From assembly GCA_964512695.1 (NCBI GenBank), contig CAZEJU010000006.1:2591-66590 (forward strand): a DNA stretch of 64,000 bases, given 5' to 3'. A model generated the notes under the pieces. It ran no database searches, was not told where the DNA came from, and worked only from the letters and a program-made list of their open reading frames with translations. Of this stretch, positions 1 through 9,786 are shown piece by piece (the stretch's first letter is position 1; each line of letters starts with the position of its first letter). The translations under genes and the position numbers were made by a program. The DNA is from an uncultured Gammaproteobacteria bacterium (GTDB taxonomy: Bacteria; Patescibacteriota; Microgenomatia; Levybacterales; UBA12049).

Positions 1-912
1 AGAATTGCTAAAGAAGAAGGAATTCAACAGATATGGGATTTAAGTCATTTCGATTATCCGGATCATCTTGACCCATTTTCTGATTTTTTTGTTTCTTCAT
101 ATGGTGAATATGCGAAAAGAGCTTTAGAAACAATACGAAAATATCAGGCAGGAACTATATTTATAGTACCGGTTTGTGAGCCCTCCTTCCACGCTTGGAT
201 GTGTGACAATGGTTTATGGGCGCCATATCAGAAGGGAAAAGGTACAGAGCTAAAAAAGCAGTGGGTGAGAGCGGCTATTAACGCTATGGATGCTATATGG
301 TCTATTGATTTTGATGTACAGTTTATTCATGCAGATCCTTATATGTACAGGCAACCTCTGAGAGTACGAAATAAAAGAGAACAGGACTTTTGTGATGATT
401 TTAATAATAATGTTAAATACCATTCATGGGATATGATTTGTGGTAAAGCCAACCCAGAGTTAGGTGGAAATCCAAAATATTTAAACTTTATAGGCATTAA
501 CTATTACTTTTATAATCAACAGATGGTCGGGATTAACGCAGATGGAACTTTCACATTTAAATCACTCTCAATTGATCATAAAAAACGATTACCATTACAT
601 GTCATTATTAGAAAGCTTGTTGATAGGTATAAAACGAATATTGTGATAAGCGAGACTGGAAGTTATAGAGAGAGAAGACCAGTTTGGTGGAATTATATTC
701 TAACAGAAATTACTGAGGTAACTTCCCGACGACTACCACTCTATGGGGTATGCGCATATCCCATACTGGATATTAGAAAAGGTGCAGGATTTATCGTACC
801 CAAGTCTGGTTTATGGGATTTCGATCAAGATACTTTGACGTATGAACGTATGCCTCATGAGCCGACATTCAAAGTTCTAGAAGAGTATTTTTCAAAAAGC
901 AGACCGGCATAA
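1..912 (+). CDS. Glycoside hydrolase family 1-like beta-glycosidase, C-terminal part (5' end lies outside the window)
   Basis: Frame 1 is open from base 1 (RIAKEEGIQQIWDLSHFDYPDHL...) and runs in-frame into the 199..912 track ORF. GH1-type motifs are present: an acid/base region IVPVCEPSFHAW (NEP-like), FIGINYYF, and a nucleophile region IVISETGS (ITENG-like). Stop at 910-912. Confidence 0.5.
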   Translation, partial: RIAKEEGIQQIWDLSHFDYPDHLDPFSDFFVSSYGEYAKRALETIRKYQAGTIFIVPVCEPSFHAWMCDNGLWAPYQKGKGTELKKQWVRAAINAMDAIWSIDFDVQFIHADPYMYRQPLRVRNKREQDFCDDFNNNVKYHSWDMICGKANPELGGNPKYLNFIGINYYFYNQQMVGINADGTFTFKSLSIDHKKRLPLHVIIRKLVDRYKTNIVISETGSYRERRPVWWNYILTEITEVTSRRLPLYGVCAYPILDIRKGAGFIVPKSGLWDFDQDTLTYERMPHEPTFKVLEEYFSKSRPA

Positions 913-920
913 ATCCAGCA

Positions 921-1931
921 TTATTCATTTGTGGCAATAGATGAATAAGAAGTTTGCATTATTTGTGTGTCGAAAACTGCAATACCATATCTCCAGGCGT
1001 TATACGAATTTGTATATGATCGTGCCTGATAAAAAAGTTGAAGTCTTCCTTCGTGAATAATTGCTGTCGCATGTCCATTTTCACCACTCTCCCAAGAATC
1101 TTTTGTAGGTTCAAGAACAGGCCCTAATGAATAATAGGGCCCCATAACATTGTTAGCAATTGAGAAGAATACGCGCTGTCTCGTTCCGCGAGGACCTTCT
1201 GGTAAGAAACAAACAGCGTTTAAAAGAATCTGTCCATTCGGCAGTTGGACTAATTGTGAGCCTTCTAAACCCCATTCATAATCTGGGTGATCATGCTGGT
1301 TATGGTGAGAGACTTCTTGATGAGTTAATATAGTGCCTAATACTTCCCATGGACCATACCATGAATTACTTTTACTTTTAGCGATATAAAGGTCTGGTCT
1401 AGCTACGCGCGGAGCCCCAGAAAATGTTATAAACCTTTCACCATTAATAATGGCAGGATGAGGATCGTATATACATGCTTGATTTGTTCCTTGTTGTGAA
1501 CGGAGTACAGTACCCAGGTTATTAAATCTATGTCCGTCTGAAGAAATCAAATGTTCTACTGTTCCGTCTAAGGCCATAAAATCTGTTTGCACGAACATGT
1601 GAAACATTTGTTCTGTTTCATCGTAAATCATTCCTGGCGCTGCTACATGATCACCCTGTAGAGCAATTTTCGCAGGCTCTTCTTCTTTCCAAGGGCCATT
1701 TAAAGAAGGTGAGGTAGCGTGAAGAATTTTCCATTTTTCTACAGCACTACTGCCACCTGATCCATATAAATGCCAGAGTTTACCATCGAACACTGGACAC
1801 GGATCTTTCGTGTCTTGGTAAGAAGGAGTAGGAATGAGTGGGCCTGTCCGAAGAGCAGGGTTTTTTAAGAATGAGGAAAAATTTACCTCTCTATATGATG
1901 GAGCTGCTTGGTAATAATTGTTATCTTTCAT
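921..1931 (-). CDS. Beta-propeller glycoside hydrolase/phosphorylase-like protein (GH43/GH117/GH130-like)
   Basis: The track ORF 921..1994 starts at a TTG; the first ATG (MKDNNYYQ) is at 1931. Repeated blade-like motifs are present: DPCPVFDGKLWHLYGSG, DPHPAIINGERFITFSG and FFSIANNVMGPYYSLGPV. It lies tail-to-tail with the GH1-like gene, which suggests a carbohydrate utilisation pair. The family assignment is tentative. Confidence 0.4.
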   Translation of the reverse strand: MKDNNYYQAAPSYREVNFSSFLKNPALRTGPLIPTPSYQDTKDPCPVFDGKLWHLYGSGGSSAVEKWKILHATSPSLNGPWKEEEPAKIALQGDHVAAPGMIYDETEQMFHMFVQTDFMALDGTVEHLISSDGHRFNNLGTVLRSQQGTNQACIYDPHPAIINGERFITFSGAPRVARPDLYIAKSKSNSWYGPWEVLGTILTHQEVSHHNQHDHPDYEWGLEGSQLVQLPNGQILLNAVCFLPEGPRGTRQRVFFSIANNVMGPYYSLGPVLEPTKDSWESGENGHATAIIHEGRLQLFYQARSYTNSYNAWRYGIAVFDTQIMQTSYSSIATNE

Positions 1932-2086
1932 GGGCAGGTAATTTGTAAGTATTCTGTAAGTAGAAGTTATACAAAATGAAAAATAAAATGTCAAACACGA
2001 CAGGTCAATACGCGTTTAGATTGCTAAAGTAATATAAAATAGTAAATATTCTTAATCTTTTAAACGTGATAACAGTAGTTTATTAG

Positions 2087-3052
2087 TTATGCCGATAGCT
2101 TTTTATGAAGCATATGTTTCAGATGATCTATACTCTTGGGATTATAAATAGAGCAGGGTATGACTTCTAATCCTTTATTTTGAAAGATTTTTGATTTTTG
2201 TTTTAAGATACTTTCATCAACGAGATCGACTTTTGTAAATATAATTAATTCTTTTTTGCTCAATAAATCTGAGCTATATCCACTAAATTCATTTCTAATA
2301 ATTGTGTACGTTTTTTCTATATCAGGATCTGTACTATCAATACAATGGAGTAACATTTTCGTTTTTTCTATATGTTTTAAAAATGTTATTCCTAATCCTT
2401 TTCCTTTTGAAGCTCCTTCTATGAGGCCGGGTATGTCAGCAAGAGCGTAATTTTCCATCATTCCGATATTTGGTTCGAGTGTCGTAAAAGGATAGTTTCC
2501 TATTTTAGGGTGAGCATTTGTTAAAGCAGCAAGTAGACTACTCTTGCCAGCATTTGGTAAACCGATAAGACCGATATCCGCAATTATTTTTAATTCAAGA
2601 TGAAGTGTTTTTTCCTCTCCAGGTGTTCCATCTTCAGCATATGCCGGGGTTTGGTTAGTAGCAGATTTAAATTCATTATTCCCTCTTCCACCTTTTCCAC
2701 CTTTTGCTATGAGAATAGATGTACTTGTATTGTTTATTTCATATACTTTTCCAGTCTCAATCTCAGTAATAATAGTTCCTATAGGTACAAATATCGTTTT
2801 ATCCTCAGCGTTTTTTCCAAACAGATTTTTCTTTTTTCCGCTAATTCCATCATCCGCAGTGATTTTCTTTTTAAATCGAAATTCTCTCAAATCGGTTAGA
2901 TGAGTTGAGCCATGAAAATAAATACTACCACCGTTGCCGCCATTACCACCATCCGGACCGCCTTTTGGTTGATGAGAGTTCCTTAGGAAAGATACAGCAC
3001 CATTGCCACCATTTCCAGCTTTTACTATAAGCGTAACATTATCTATAAGCAT
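2087..3052 (-). CDS. obg: GTPase Obg/CgtA
   Basis: The N-terminal Obg fold has Gly-rich repeats (MLIDNVTLIVKAGNGGNGAVSF...GGPDGGNGGNGGSIYF). The G-domain has G1 GLPNAGKSSLL, G2 YPFTTLEP and DIPGLIEGA. Confidence 0.9.
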   Translation of the reverse strand: MLIDNVTLIVKAGNGGNGAVSFLRNSHQPKGGPDGGNGGNGGSIYFHGSTHLTDLREFRFKKKITADDGISGKKKNLFGKNAEDKTIFVPIGTIITEIETGKVYEINNTSTSILIAKGGKGGRGNNEFKSATNQTPAYAEDGTPGEEKTLHLELKIIADIGLIGLPNAGKSSLLAALTNAHPKIGNYPFTTLEPNIGMMENYALADIPGLIEGASKGKGLGITFLKHIEKTKMLLHCIDSTDPDIEKTYTIIRNEFSGYSSDLLSKKELIIFTKVDLVDESILKQKSKIFQNKGLEVIPCSIYNPKSIDHLKHMLHKKLSA

Positions 3053-3216
3053 ACTTGCATTGTACCATGTTTCGCCTATGAGTACGCTTTTGTATATAGC
3101 GGGTAGGTGTAGTGTTTGCAGAATCCCAAGAGATTTCTTGCCTAATTCTTAGCTTCAAAGTGGCAATTGCTACTTTTATACTCTGCTTTGTAGTATAAAC
3201 TTGCTATAATTCGAAT
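3053..3216. promoter_or_regulatory. Divergent promoter region; both flanking genes have an extended -10 (TGnTAnAAT) ending 6 nt before the ATG, suggesting candidate leaderless mRNAs
   Basis: Plus strand: TGCTATAAT at 3202-3210, spacer tcgaat, then ATG at 3217. Minus strand: TGGTACAAT (revcomp of 3059-3067), spacer gcaagt, then ATG of obg (revcomp 3050-3052). No Shine-Dalgarno is present in either case. Confidence 0.4.
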
Positions 3217-4137
3217 ATGAAAGTATTAGCTACAAAAGGGTGGGATGAATATGAGCTTATCGATTCAGGAGAAGGGTGTCGTTTAGAACGATTCGGTAAC
3301 TATAGACTATCTCGCCCTGATCCTGAGGCTATTTGGCGAAAAAAACTACCTCATACTGAATGGGAAAAAGCAGATGCTTCTTTTAGAAAAGAAGTTGATG
3401 GGAAAGAAAAGTGGATTCAAAAGCATTCTTTACCCGACCGATGGAAGATGAGGTATAAAGAACTTGCTTTTTGGGCAGAGTTATCACCTTTTAAACATAC
3501 TGGAGTTTTCCCGGAACAGATAGTGCAGTGGGAGTGGATGGAGGAGAAAATTAAAAATCTCCCCCAAGAGGACTTGCTACAAAGCAGCGGCGAAAAGTCA
3601 AAAATCAAAAGTAATGAGAACACATTAAATATTCTTAACTTGTTCGCATACACTGGGATTGCAAGTTTAGTTTGCGCAAACGCAGGTGCGAAAGTTACCC
3701 ATGTAGATGCATCAAAACCCACTATTGGCTGGGCAAGAGAGAATCAAAAGTTATCAGGACTTGAAAAAAAACCAATACGCTGGATACTTGATGATGCTAT
3801 TAGATTTACTCAGAGAGAAATACGACGGGGAGTGCGTTATGACGGTATTATTATGGACCCACCTGTCTATGGACACGGCCCTCAAGGAGAAAAATGGGAT
3901 TTTAAAACGTCGTTTCCAATCTTGTTAGATTTGTGCAAGCAAGTATTATCCAGTGATCCATTGTTTATACTTATAAACGCATATGCAATTTCGTCCTCTG
4001 CTCTTATGTTAGAAAATGTATTAAAGGATATTACAAATGGGTTAGAAGGGACTATTGAAGTAGGGGAGTTAGCTCTGGAAGAAAAAGGATCAGGCCGGTT
4101 ATTATCTACAGGAATTTTCGGAAGATGGTCAAAATAA
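3217..4137 (+). CDS. Class I SAM-dependent (rRNA) methyltransferase, RlmI/YccW-like catalytic domain
   Basis: SAM-binding motif LNLFAYTGIASLVCANAGAKVTHVDAS and catalytic region GVRYDGIIMDPPVYGHG (DPP[FY]), as in RlmI/RlmK-type 5-methylcytosine methyltransferases. Confidence 0.65.
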   Translation: MKVLATKGWDEYELIDSGEGCRLERFGNYRLSRPDPEAIWRKKLPHTEWEKADASFRKEVDGKEKWIQKHSLPDRWKMRYKELAFWAELSPFKHTGVFPEQIVQWEWMEEKIKNLPQEDLLQSSGEKSKIKSNENTLNILNLFAYTGIASLVCANAGAKVTHVDASKPTIGWARENQKLSGLEKKPIRWILDDAIRFTQREIRRGVRYDGIIMDPPVYGHGPQGEKWDFKTSFPILLDLCKQVLSSDPLFILINAYAISSSALMLENVLKDITNGLEGTIEVGELALEEKGSGRLLSTGIFGRWSK

Positions 4138-4388
4138 TATGGTATAGTTTTCCGCAGTTTTTCCGGATATTCAAATATTTCAATCAGTAAGTGAAGTTGT
4201 TAAAAAATAAATGAGTGGTAAGAACTATAAGAGTAAGAACGGAAGTCAATATATGTTACAGTTATAAGTCCGCGGCCAAATTTGAAGACTTCGAAGCTAG
4301 AAAATATCTTGATACTAACTAATGTATCATCAATTATACCATAAAGAAACAGTCTTGTAAATAAAATCCCCTTGCTTATAATTTCTTC

Positions 4389-6212
4389 ATGGATGGGATA
4401 CAGAAAAACAAACTGCTTCAAGCTGCAAAGGTTCATCTTGCTAGAGTATCTGAACGAATACTAGAAACGAAAACAAGAATTGATACTTCTATTATGCAAT
4501 TGCGTAAGGAGTTAATTAAAGCTCGGGGAGAAGAGCGTGATACGAAAGAAGTGTTGTTATACCACCATTTAGACACACAGCGAAACATGGAACAACAATA
4601 TGCATCTCCTTATTTCATCCGTTGTGACGTTAAATTTGATGATGAATCAGAACAAAAAACTTTATATTTCGGTCGTTTTCCCTATACAGCTGAATCAATA
4701 TATTCTTGGGTAGCCCCTGCAGCAGTTATCCGATTTGATTCTCCGGGAAGATTCTCATATGAAATGCCTAATGGAGAAAAGAGAAGCGGAAGCTTATTAA
4801 GAAAAGATCAATTTATGATCGTAAATGGAAAGATTCTTTTCATGTCATTAGAATCGAAGGATATTCCTCGTGAATTAATATACCAAGAATACTTCTCACA
4901 GAAGAAAAAAGAATTTGTTTTAAAAGAAATTGTAGAACAAATGGAAAAGGCTCAAGATACCATTATTCGTTCTCACTATTTCGGGTCATTCCTTATTTCC
5001 GGTCCCGCAGGTTCTGGTAAAACAACGCTTGCGCTTCATAGAGCAGCTTTTCTTATCCAATCTCCTGACACAGCCTCTCTTTTCCCTGCGAAGCAAGTTA
5101 TTATTTTTGTTCATGATAATACCACAAAAGATTATTTTAGTTCGCTTTTACCCCAACTAGGAATTCATAAAGTGACTATATCAACATTTTACGAATGGGC
5201 GATGCATATTTTAGGATTATACGATAATGAATTCACATTTCGATTTGGTAGAACAGAGCAAGAGAAAGATGCATATGAATATGCAAAGAATAAAGCATTG
5301 AAATCTTTAATTGTTAAGAAAACAAAAAATGGCATCTATAAAACATTAGAAGATACTTACAAAAATTTTCTAACTGATGAACAGAAAAGATTATATGTTT
5401 TACAAAAACAAAAAGGATTAGTTGATCGTTTCGATCTAACTGTTCTCTTAAAACTAATGATTATGGAAAAAGGTCAGTTACTTGAGACTGTTGAGAAATT
5501 TGTAAAGCAGATGAATGGAAAGTACGTAAAGAAAGTTTTGCAACAGCCAGTGAAATATTCATTAATAATACTTGATGAAGCAGAAAATTATTTGATTGAA
5601 CAAATATACGTTATGAAAAGCACAATTGATCCAAAAACGAATGCTATGGTATACGTCGGAGATTTAGTGCAACGAACGTTACCTTTTACTATTTCTGACT
5701 GGCAAGAAGTGCATGAAACATTTACAGATGATCGAAAAATTATTTTACAGAAAGTGTATCGAAATTCATATGAAATACTCAAATATATCGCATCAGTTGG
5801 CTATCAAGTCAGTATTCCCGATAATGTAAAACATGGAAAGCCAGTAGAAGAATACATATTTGAAAATAAACAAGAAGAAATACAAAAAATTATTAATATG
5901 GTAGAAGAACAGAAGGAAGCAGTTATTGGTGTTTTAGCTAAATCAGAAGAATATCTGCATGATTTTCGAAAACAATTATCACAATATAAAAATATTCATG
6001 TTTTGACTATTAATGAAGCTCAAGGAGTTGAATTCAATACTGTATTTCTGGTTGGCCTTAACCGCCGGTCATTTAGTGGAGAACTTTTGCCAGAATATCT
6101 CAAAGCAGAAAGAAAGCGAGTAGATCGAGATCTTCTATATGTTGCTCTTACGCGTGCGATGAATGAATTATATATATTTGGTAGTGAAAAACTAAAGAGC
6201 ATTATTGAATAA
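4389..6212 (+). CDS. UvrD/Rep/HelD-family superfamily-1 DNA helicase (HelD-like)
   Basis: Walker A FLISGPAGSGKTTLALHRAAFL and a C-terminal UvrD motif (VLTINEAQGVEFNTVFLVG...LLYVALTRAMNELYIFG). The long N-terminal extension before the ATPase domain is typical of helicase IV/HelD. Confidence 0.7.
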   Translation: MDGIQKNKLLQAAKVHLARVSERILETKTRIDTSIMQLRKELIKARGEERDTKEVLLYHHLDTQRNMEQQYASPYFIRCDVKFDDESEQKTLYFGRFPYTAESIYSWVAPAAVIRFDSPGRFSYEMPNGEKRSGSLLRKDQFMIVNGKILFMSLESKDIPRELIYQEYFSQKKKEFVLKEIVEQMEKAQDTIIRSHYFGSFLISGPAGSGKTTLALHRAAFLIQSPDTASLFPAKQVIIFVHDNTTKDYFSSLLPQLGIHKVTISTFYEWAMHILGLYDNEFTFRFGRTEQEKDAYEYAKNKALKSLIVKKTKNGIYKTLEDTYKNFLTDEQKRLYVLQKQKGLVDRFDLTVLLKLMIMEKGQLLETVEKFVKQMNGKYVKKVLQQPVKYSLIILDEAENYLIEQIYVMKSTIDPKTNAMVYVGDLVQRTLPFTISDWQEVHETFTDDRKIILQKVYRNSYEILKYIASVGYQVSIPDNVKHGKPVEEYIFENKQEEIQKIINMVEEQKEAVIGVLAKSEEYLHDFRKQLSQYKNIHVLTINEAQGVEFNTVFLVGLNRRSFSGELLPEYLKAERKRVDRDLLYVALTRAMNELYIFGSEKLKSIIE

Positions 6213-6340
6213 AACTAAAGAAGTAAATATTTTAACCAATCATAAACACCGTTACATTTTATTATTTTTTATACTACCATTGGATTTCCTTTGCATTATC
6301 CTCAGCTGCATAAAAGTTTGGAATATTCTTATTCATAGGC

Positions 6341-6898
6341 CTATGCTGTTTTTGGTTCATCTAGTAAAACCCAATTGTTTGATACATGAGGTTCACTACA
6401 AAGATTACGATTAAAACAACATGGTCTTCTCATACCCTTATTAAGTTTATCAAGCATAACATCTATATGCTTTTGGCGTGTCTCAGGGGTTTTAACCGCA
6501 CGTATCCAACGAATCCAATCCCACCGAGCCATTGGTGTAATGTCGTTCCATAAGGCTTCAGCCTTTTGAGAAGTTGCTAAGGATTTTTTTACATCCTCAG
6601 GTACCTCCGGTTCTATCCATTCTTTCGTAGGTTGTAGTGAAACTTGTACGATATCGCCTGTTGTGGCATTCGCAAGTTCAAGCAACGTAGTATTAGGCCG
6701 AAACCAATGGCTTGGTTTTAATCCTGGTCCATACTTTCCATCTGGTTCAAGTAAGGCTTTAAAAGGAACGTTGTTAAGAGTTCCTGAAACCATTACCATA
6801 CCGCGTGAAGGAAGTTTCGCACTTGCGTCTTCAGGTAGCCTGAGAAGCGTCCATGAGTTAATGGTGATTAATGTAGTTTCAAATTTGATTACTGACAC
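6341..6898 (-). CDS. YdeI/OmpD-associated family protein (DUF1905 + bacteriocin-protection domain)
   Basis: C-terminal ARWDWIRWIRAVKTPETRQKHIDVMLDKLNKGMRRPCCF matches the YdeI/OmdA signature. The N-terminal beta region matches DUF1905. Confidence 0.55.
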   Translation of the reverse strand: MSVIKFETTLITINSWTLLRLPEDASAKLPSRGMVMVSGTLNNVPFKALLEPDGKYGPGLKPSHWFRPNTTLLELANATTGDIVQVSLQPTKEWIEPEVPEDVKKSLATSQKAEALWNDITPMARWDWIRWIRAVKTPETRQKHIDVMLDKLNKGMRRPCCFNRNLCSEPHVSNNWVLLDEPKTA

Positions 6899-6926
6899 GA
6901 AGATATTATATCAAAGAATATCGAAA

Positions 6927-7973
6927 TCAATTCCCATATGAAGGTGCTGCCTTAAAAATTACCCACTCAACTGGTCTATCTCTATCCGGCCTTACAGGTT
7001 GCAGATCGGGATACATATCAATAAAGTGTTCCCACCATGGCCTATTATTTTTATACCAATCTACAGTTTCCCCTAACCCCTCACGCAGGGAATAGTGAGG
7101 TTGCCAACCTAATTTCTGAATTTTTGTAGCATTAACAGCGTATCGCACATCATGACCTCTTCTATCTTCAACGTGTTCAATTACATCAGGTGCAAGACCT
7201 AGTCTGTCAACAATTCCTTTTACAATATCAATGTTAGCTGTTGTTTCTCCTGTACCTACACAATACCTCTCACCGGGACTTCCATGTTCCAGTACATGTC
7301 TTATTGCTCGTGCATGGTCAGTCACATACAACCATTCCCGAATTTGCTGTCCATCTCCGTAAACTGGCAGTGTATTTCCTTGAATGCCTCTCACAGTCAA
7401 TCTAGGTATAAGCTTTTCCGGCGCTTGATAAGGGCCGAAATTATTAACGCTATTTGTTATGGTGGCTTCCATACCGTATGTTGCAGTCCATGCTGTGGCG
7501 ATTGCTTCTCCCATGAGTTTTCCTGCCCCATAGGGGTTTCTTGGTGCTGAAGGAGATTCCTCATCAAAAGAACCAGCTATGGCATGCCCAAAAACTTCAT
7601 CTGTTGAAACATAATGTACACGATCCACGCCATTATGCCTGGCTGCTTCAAATACATTCAGTGTACCTACTCCGTTTATCGCTATAGCCTCTGTAGAATT
7701 TCTAATGCTTCTATCTACAGATGAAACTGCTGCTGTATGTACAACTGCATCTGGTCTCCCCATATTCCTTCGTAAGGAAGATAAATCACGTATATCTCCT
7801 TCAACAATTCGAAAATTTTGATTTCTACGTAACTCTGCTATTGTCGCAGGATTTGTCGTTTTGGGATCAAAGTTGTCAAAGCAGACAACCTTCCTCCCAT
7901 CGTTTAAAAATTCTCTACAAACTTGTGAACCCACAAAACCAGCTCCACCTGTTACAAATATTTCAGTTCTCAT
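6927..7973 (-). CDS. rmlB: dTDP-glucose 4,6-dehydratase-like NAD-dependent epimerase/dehydratase
   Basis: Rossmann motif VTGGAGFVGSQ, STDEVFG and a catalytic YxxxK (NPYGAGKLMGE). At 348 aa and immediately upstream of an rmlD-like gene on the same strand. Confidence 0.65.
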   Translation of the reverse strand: MRTEIFVTGGAGFVGSQVCREFLNDGRKVVCFDNFDPKTTNPATIAELRRNQNFRIVEGDIRDLSSLRRNMGRPDAVVHTAAVSSVDRSIRNSTEAIAINGVGTLNVFEAARHNGVDRVHYVSTDEVFGHAIAGSFDEESPSAPRNPYGAGKLMGEAIATAWTATYGMEATITNSVNNFGPYQAPEKLIPRLTVRGIQGNTLPVYGDGQQIREWLYVTDHARAIRHVLEHGSPGERYCVGTGETTANIDIVKGIVDRLGLAPDVIEHVEDRRGHDVRYAVNATKIQKLGWQPHYSLREGLGETVDWYKNNRPWWEHFIDMYPDLQPVRPDRDRPVEWVIFKAAPSYGN

Positions 7974-7974
7974 G

Positions 7975-8850
7975 TTATTTATATTTTTCTAAAGAATGTG
8001 CATTTCGATATGCTACTAACGCCTCTTGCCACGGGCGCATTGATTCGTAGACAGTAGTCATACCAGAATAAGCAGGACGACGAACTAGTGAAGGGAACAT
8101 ATCTGACGAAACCGGCTCAACTACTGCTGGTACGTTCCATGTAGATACTACTTTTTTAGCAACTTCAAATCTACTTACAACACCTTCATTTACGACATGG
8201 CGAGGTCCCTTTTTGTTTTGCTCTATTAAATCGAATATTCTGTTGACAACATCAAGCGTATATGTAGGCGACCCTTGTTTGTCTGTTACAGCTCGAATTA
8301 CATCCTTCCCTTGTGCGAGTTGGCGTAGAATAGCACCAACAAATTTAGTATCTTGCTGTGGACCTGGACCGAAAAGCCAACCAAGCCGAGCGATTAAAAC
8401 ATCGGGAACTAATTCCTTTGCTTCCCACTCTGCTACTAACTTAGTCATACCATACATATTTGTTGGAGTATGGGGTATATCTGTTTCATTATAGCCTTCA
8501 GCTTTTGGCGTACCGGGAAATACTGCGTCTGTTGAGATAAGCACGAAGCGAGCGCCGGATTCCTTGGCAAGCTGTGCCATATTCATCGTTCCTAATGTAT
8601 TAACTCTAAATGCTACTTCAGGTTTTGCATGTGCATATTCCCAATTTGTTACAGCAGCAGCGTGGATAATGACATCAGTTAATGGACCGTGTTGTTTCAA
8701 GTAAGTTCTACATTCCTCTAAATTAGTTATGTCAAATTCTGTAGAAGTCGGTGCTAGCAGGATATTAGGATTATACCTATTTTCTGTTACATTCCGAAAT
8801 TCAGTACCTAATGCACCTCTCCCACCAGTTAAAAGTATTTCTTTACTCAT
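7975..8850 (-). CDS. rmlD: dTDP-4-dehydrorhamnose reductase-like protein
   Basis: 291 aa with N-terminal ILLTGGRGALG and an RmlD-like substrate-binding C-terminal domain. It is separated from rmlB by 1 nt. Confidence 0.6.
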   Translation of the reverse strand: MSKEILLTGGRGALGTEFRNVTENRYNPNILLAPTSTEFDITNLEECRTYLKQHGPLTDVIIHAAAVTNWEYAHAKPEVAFRVNTLGTMNMAQLAKESGARFVLISTDAVFPGTPKAEGYNETDIPHTPTNMYGMTKLVAEWEAKELVPDVLIARLGWLFGPGPQQDTKFVGAILRQLAQGKDVIRAVTDKQGSPTYTLDVVNRIFDLIEQNKKGPRHVVNEGVVSRFEVAKKVVSTWNVPAVVEPVSSDMFPSLVRRPAYSGMTTVYESMRPWQEALVAYRNAHSLEKYK

Positions 8851-8930
8851 TTTTGTATCCCGTAGTATATAACATTTTATAAAAAATGTCTAGTTGAGTA
8901 TCTAATACATTTATACTATATAATAGTAAT

Positions 8931-9476
8931 GTGGACACACTAAAGATAATAAATTCGGAAAAAATATATCACAATAAACACGCTGATGTGATTGTCGATA
9001 CATTAGCATTCAAAGGTAAGCAGTGGGAGCAAGTATATATCCAGAAACCGTTTAAAGATGCAGTCGGTATACTTCCGATAGATGAAAAAGGTATATATTT
9101 AGTGAAACAATATAGACATCCTATAGGCGAGGACTTATGGCAGATAATTATGGGATCGTTAGAAAAGAACTATTCACCCTTACAAACAGCTCAAATAGAA
9201 TTAAAAGAAGAGGCAGGAATATATGCTGACAATCTTTCAGTGATTGGTGAAATATTTGCTGATCCTGGCATATCTTCTCAAAAAACAACAATTTTTTTAG
9301 CTGAAGGTTTGCACTTTACGACTCCAACTCCTTCATTCACAGAAATGAATATCGAATTAAAGCATTTCACATACAACCAGATAAATGACATGATAAAGAA
9401 TAACGATATTTCTTGCGGATATACATTAAGTGCGCTTCTACTCACTCATAAACACACGAAACTTTTGAAAGATTAA
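8931..9476 (+). CDS. NUDIX hydrolase (ADP-ribose pyrophosphatase-like)
   Basis: Nudix box GSLEKNYSPLQTAQIELKEEAGI (Gx5Ex7REuxEExGu pattern). Confidence 0.7.
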   Translation: MDTLKIINSEKIYHNKHADVIVDTLAFKGKQWEQVYIQKPFKDAVGILPIDEKGIYLVKQYRHPIGEDLWQIIMGSLEKNYSPLQTAQIELKEEAGIYADNLSVIGEIFADPGISSQKTTIFLAEGLHFTTPTPSFTEMNIELKHFTYNQINDMIKNNDISCGYTLSALLLTHKHTKLLKD

Positions 9477-9786
9477 GATTTGTATATATTAAATAGAGAG
9501 AAAAAATTATGTCCCAAATGCTGGATGGTTAACCGCCACCACCTTAAACGAACATTTCATTTCATAATAAATACGATTGTAATCTGATGTTTCTTTCTCT
9601 AGTAGTCTGTTGCTTCTATGGTGGCAAGAGAGACACCTAGAGAAATATCTTTTGTAATATAGTTCTGTGCCACTTATTCGTAGTTATATGTCTTACTGTT
9701 GCTTCTGATTTTTTAACCAACTTAAACATATACTAATTATACACAAGCTTCGAATGAGGGAAAGTTTTTATAGAATGTTTATTCAA

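Noticed and set aside
2256-2903. Three plus-strand track ORFs (2256..2450, 2600..2899, 2709..2903) inside obg
   Set aside because: They are antisense to a confidently identified Obg GTPase, have low-complexity Phe/Ser/Ile-rich translations typical of AT-rich antisense frames, and have no RBS.
3417-3928. ORFs 3417..3722 (-) and 3707..3928 (+) overlapping the methyltransferase
   Set aside because: They are internal or antisense to a gene with clear SAM-MTase motifs and have no supporting signals.
5588-8494. Short ORFs inside or antisense to housekeeping genes: 5588..5782, 6020..6202, 6205..6414, 6663..6941, 7284..7550, 7721..8050, 8213..8494
   Set aside because: Each overlaps a longer ORF with recognisable domain motifs (helicase, YdeI, rmlB, rmlD). 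6205..6414 is a Leu/Ile-rich AT-frame product without an RBS.
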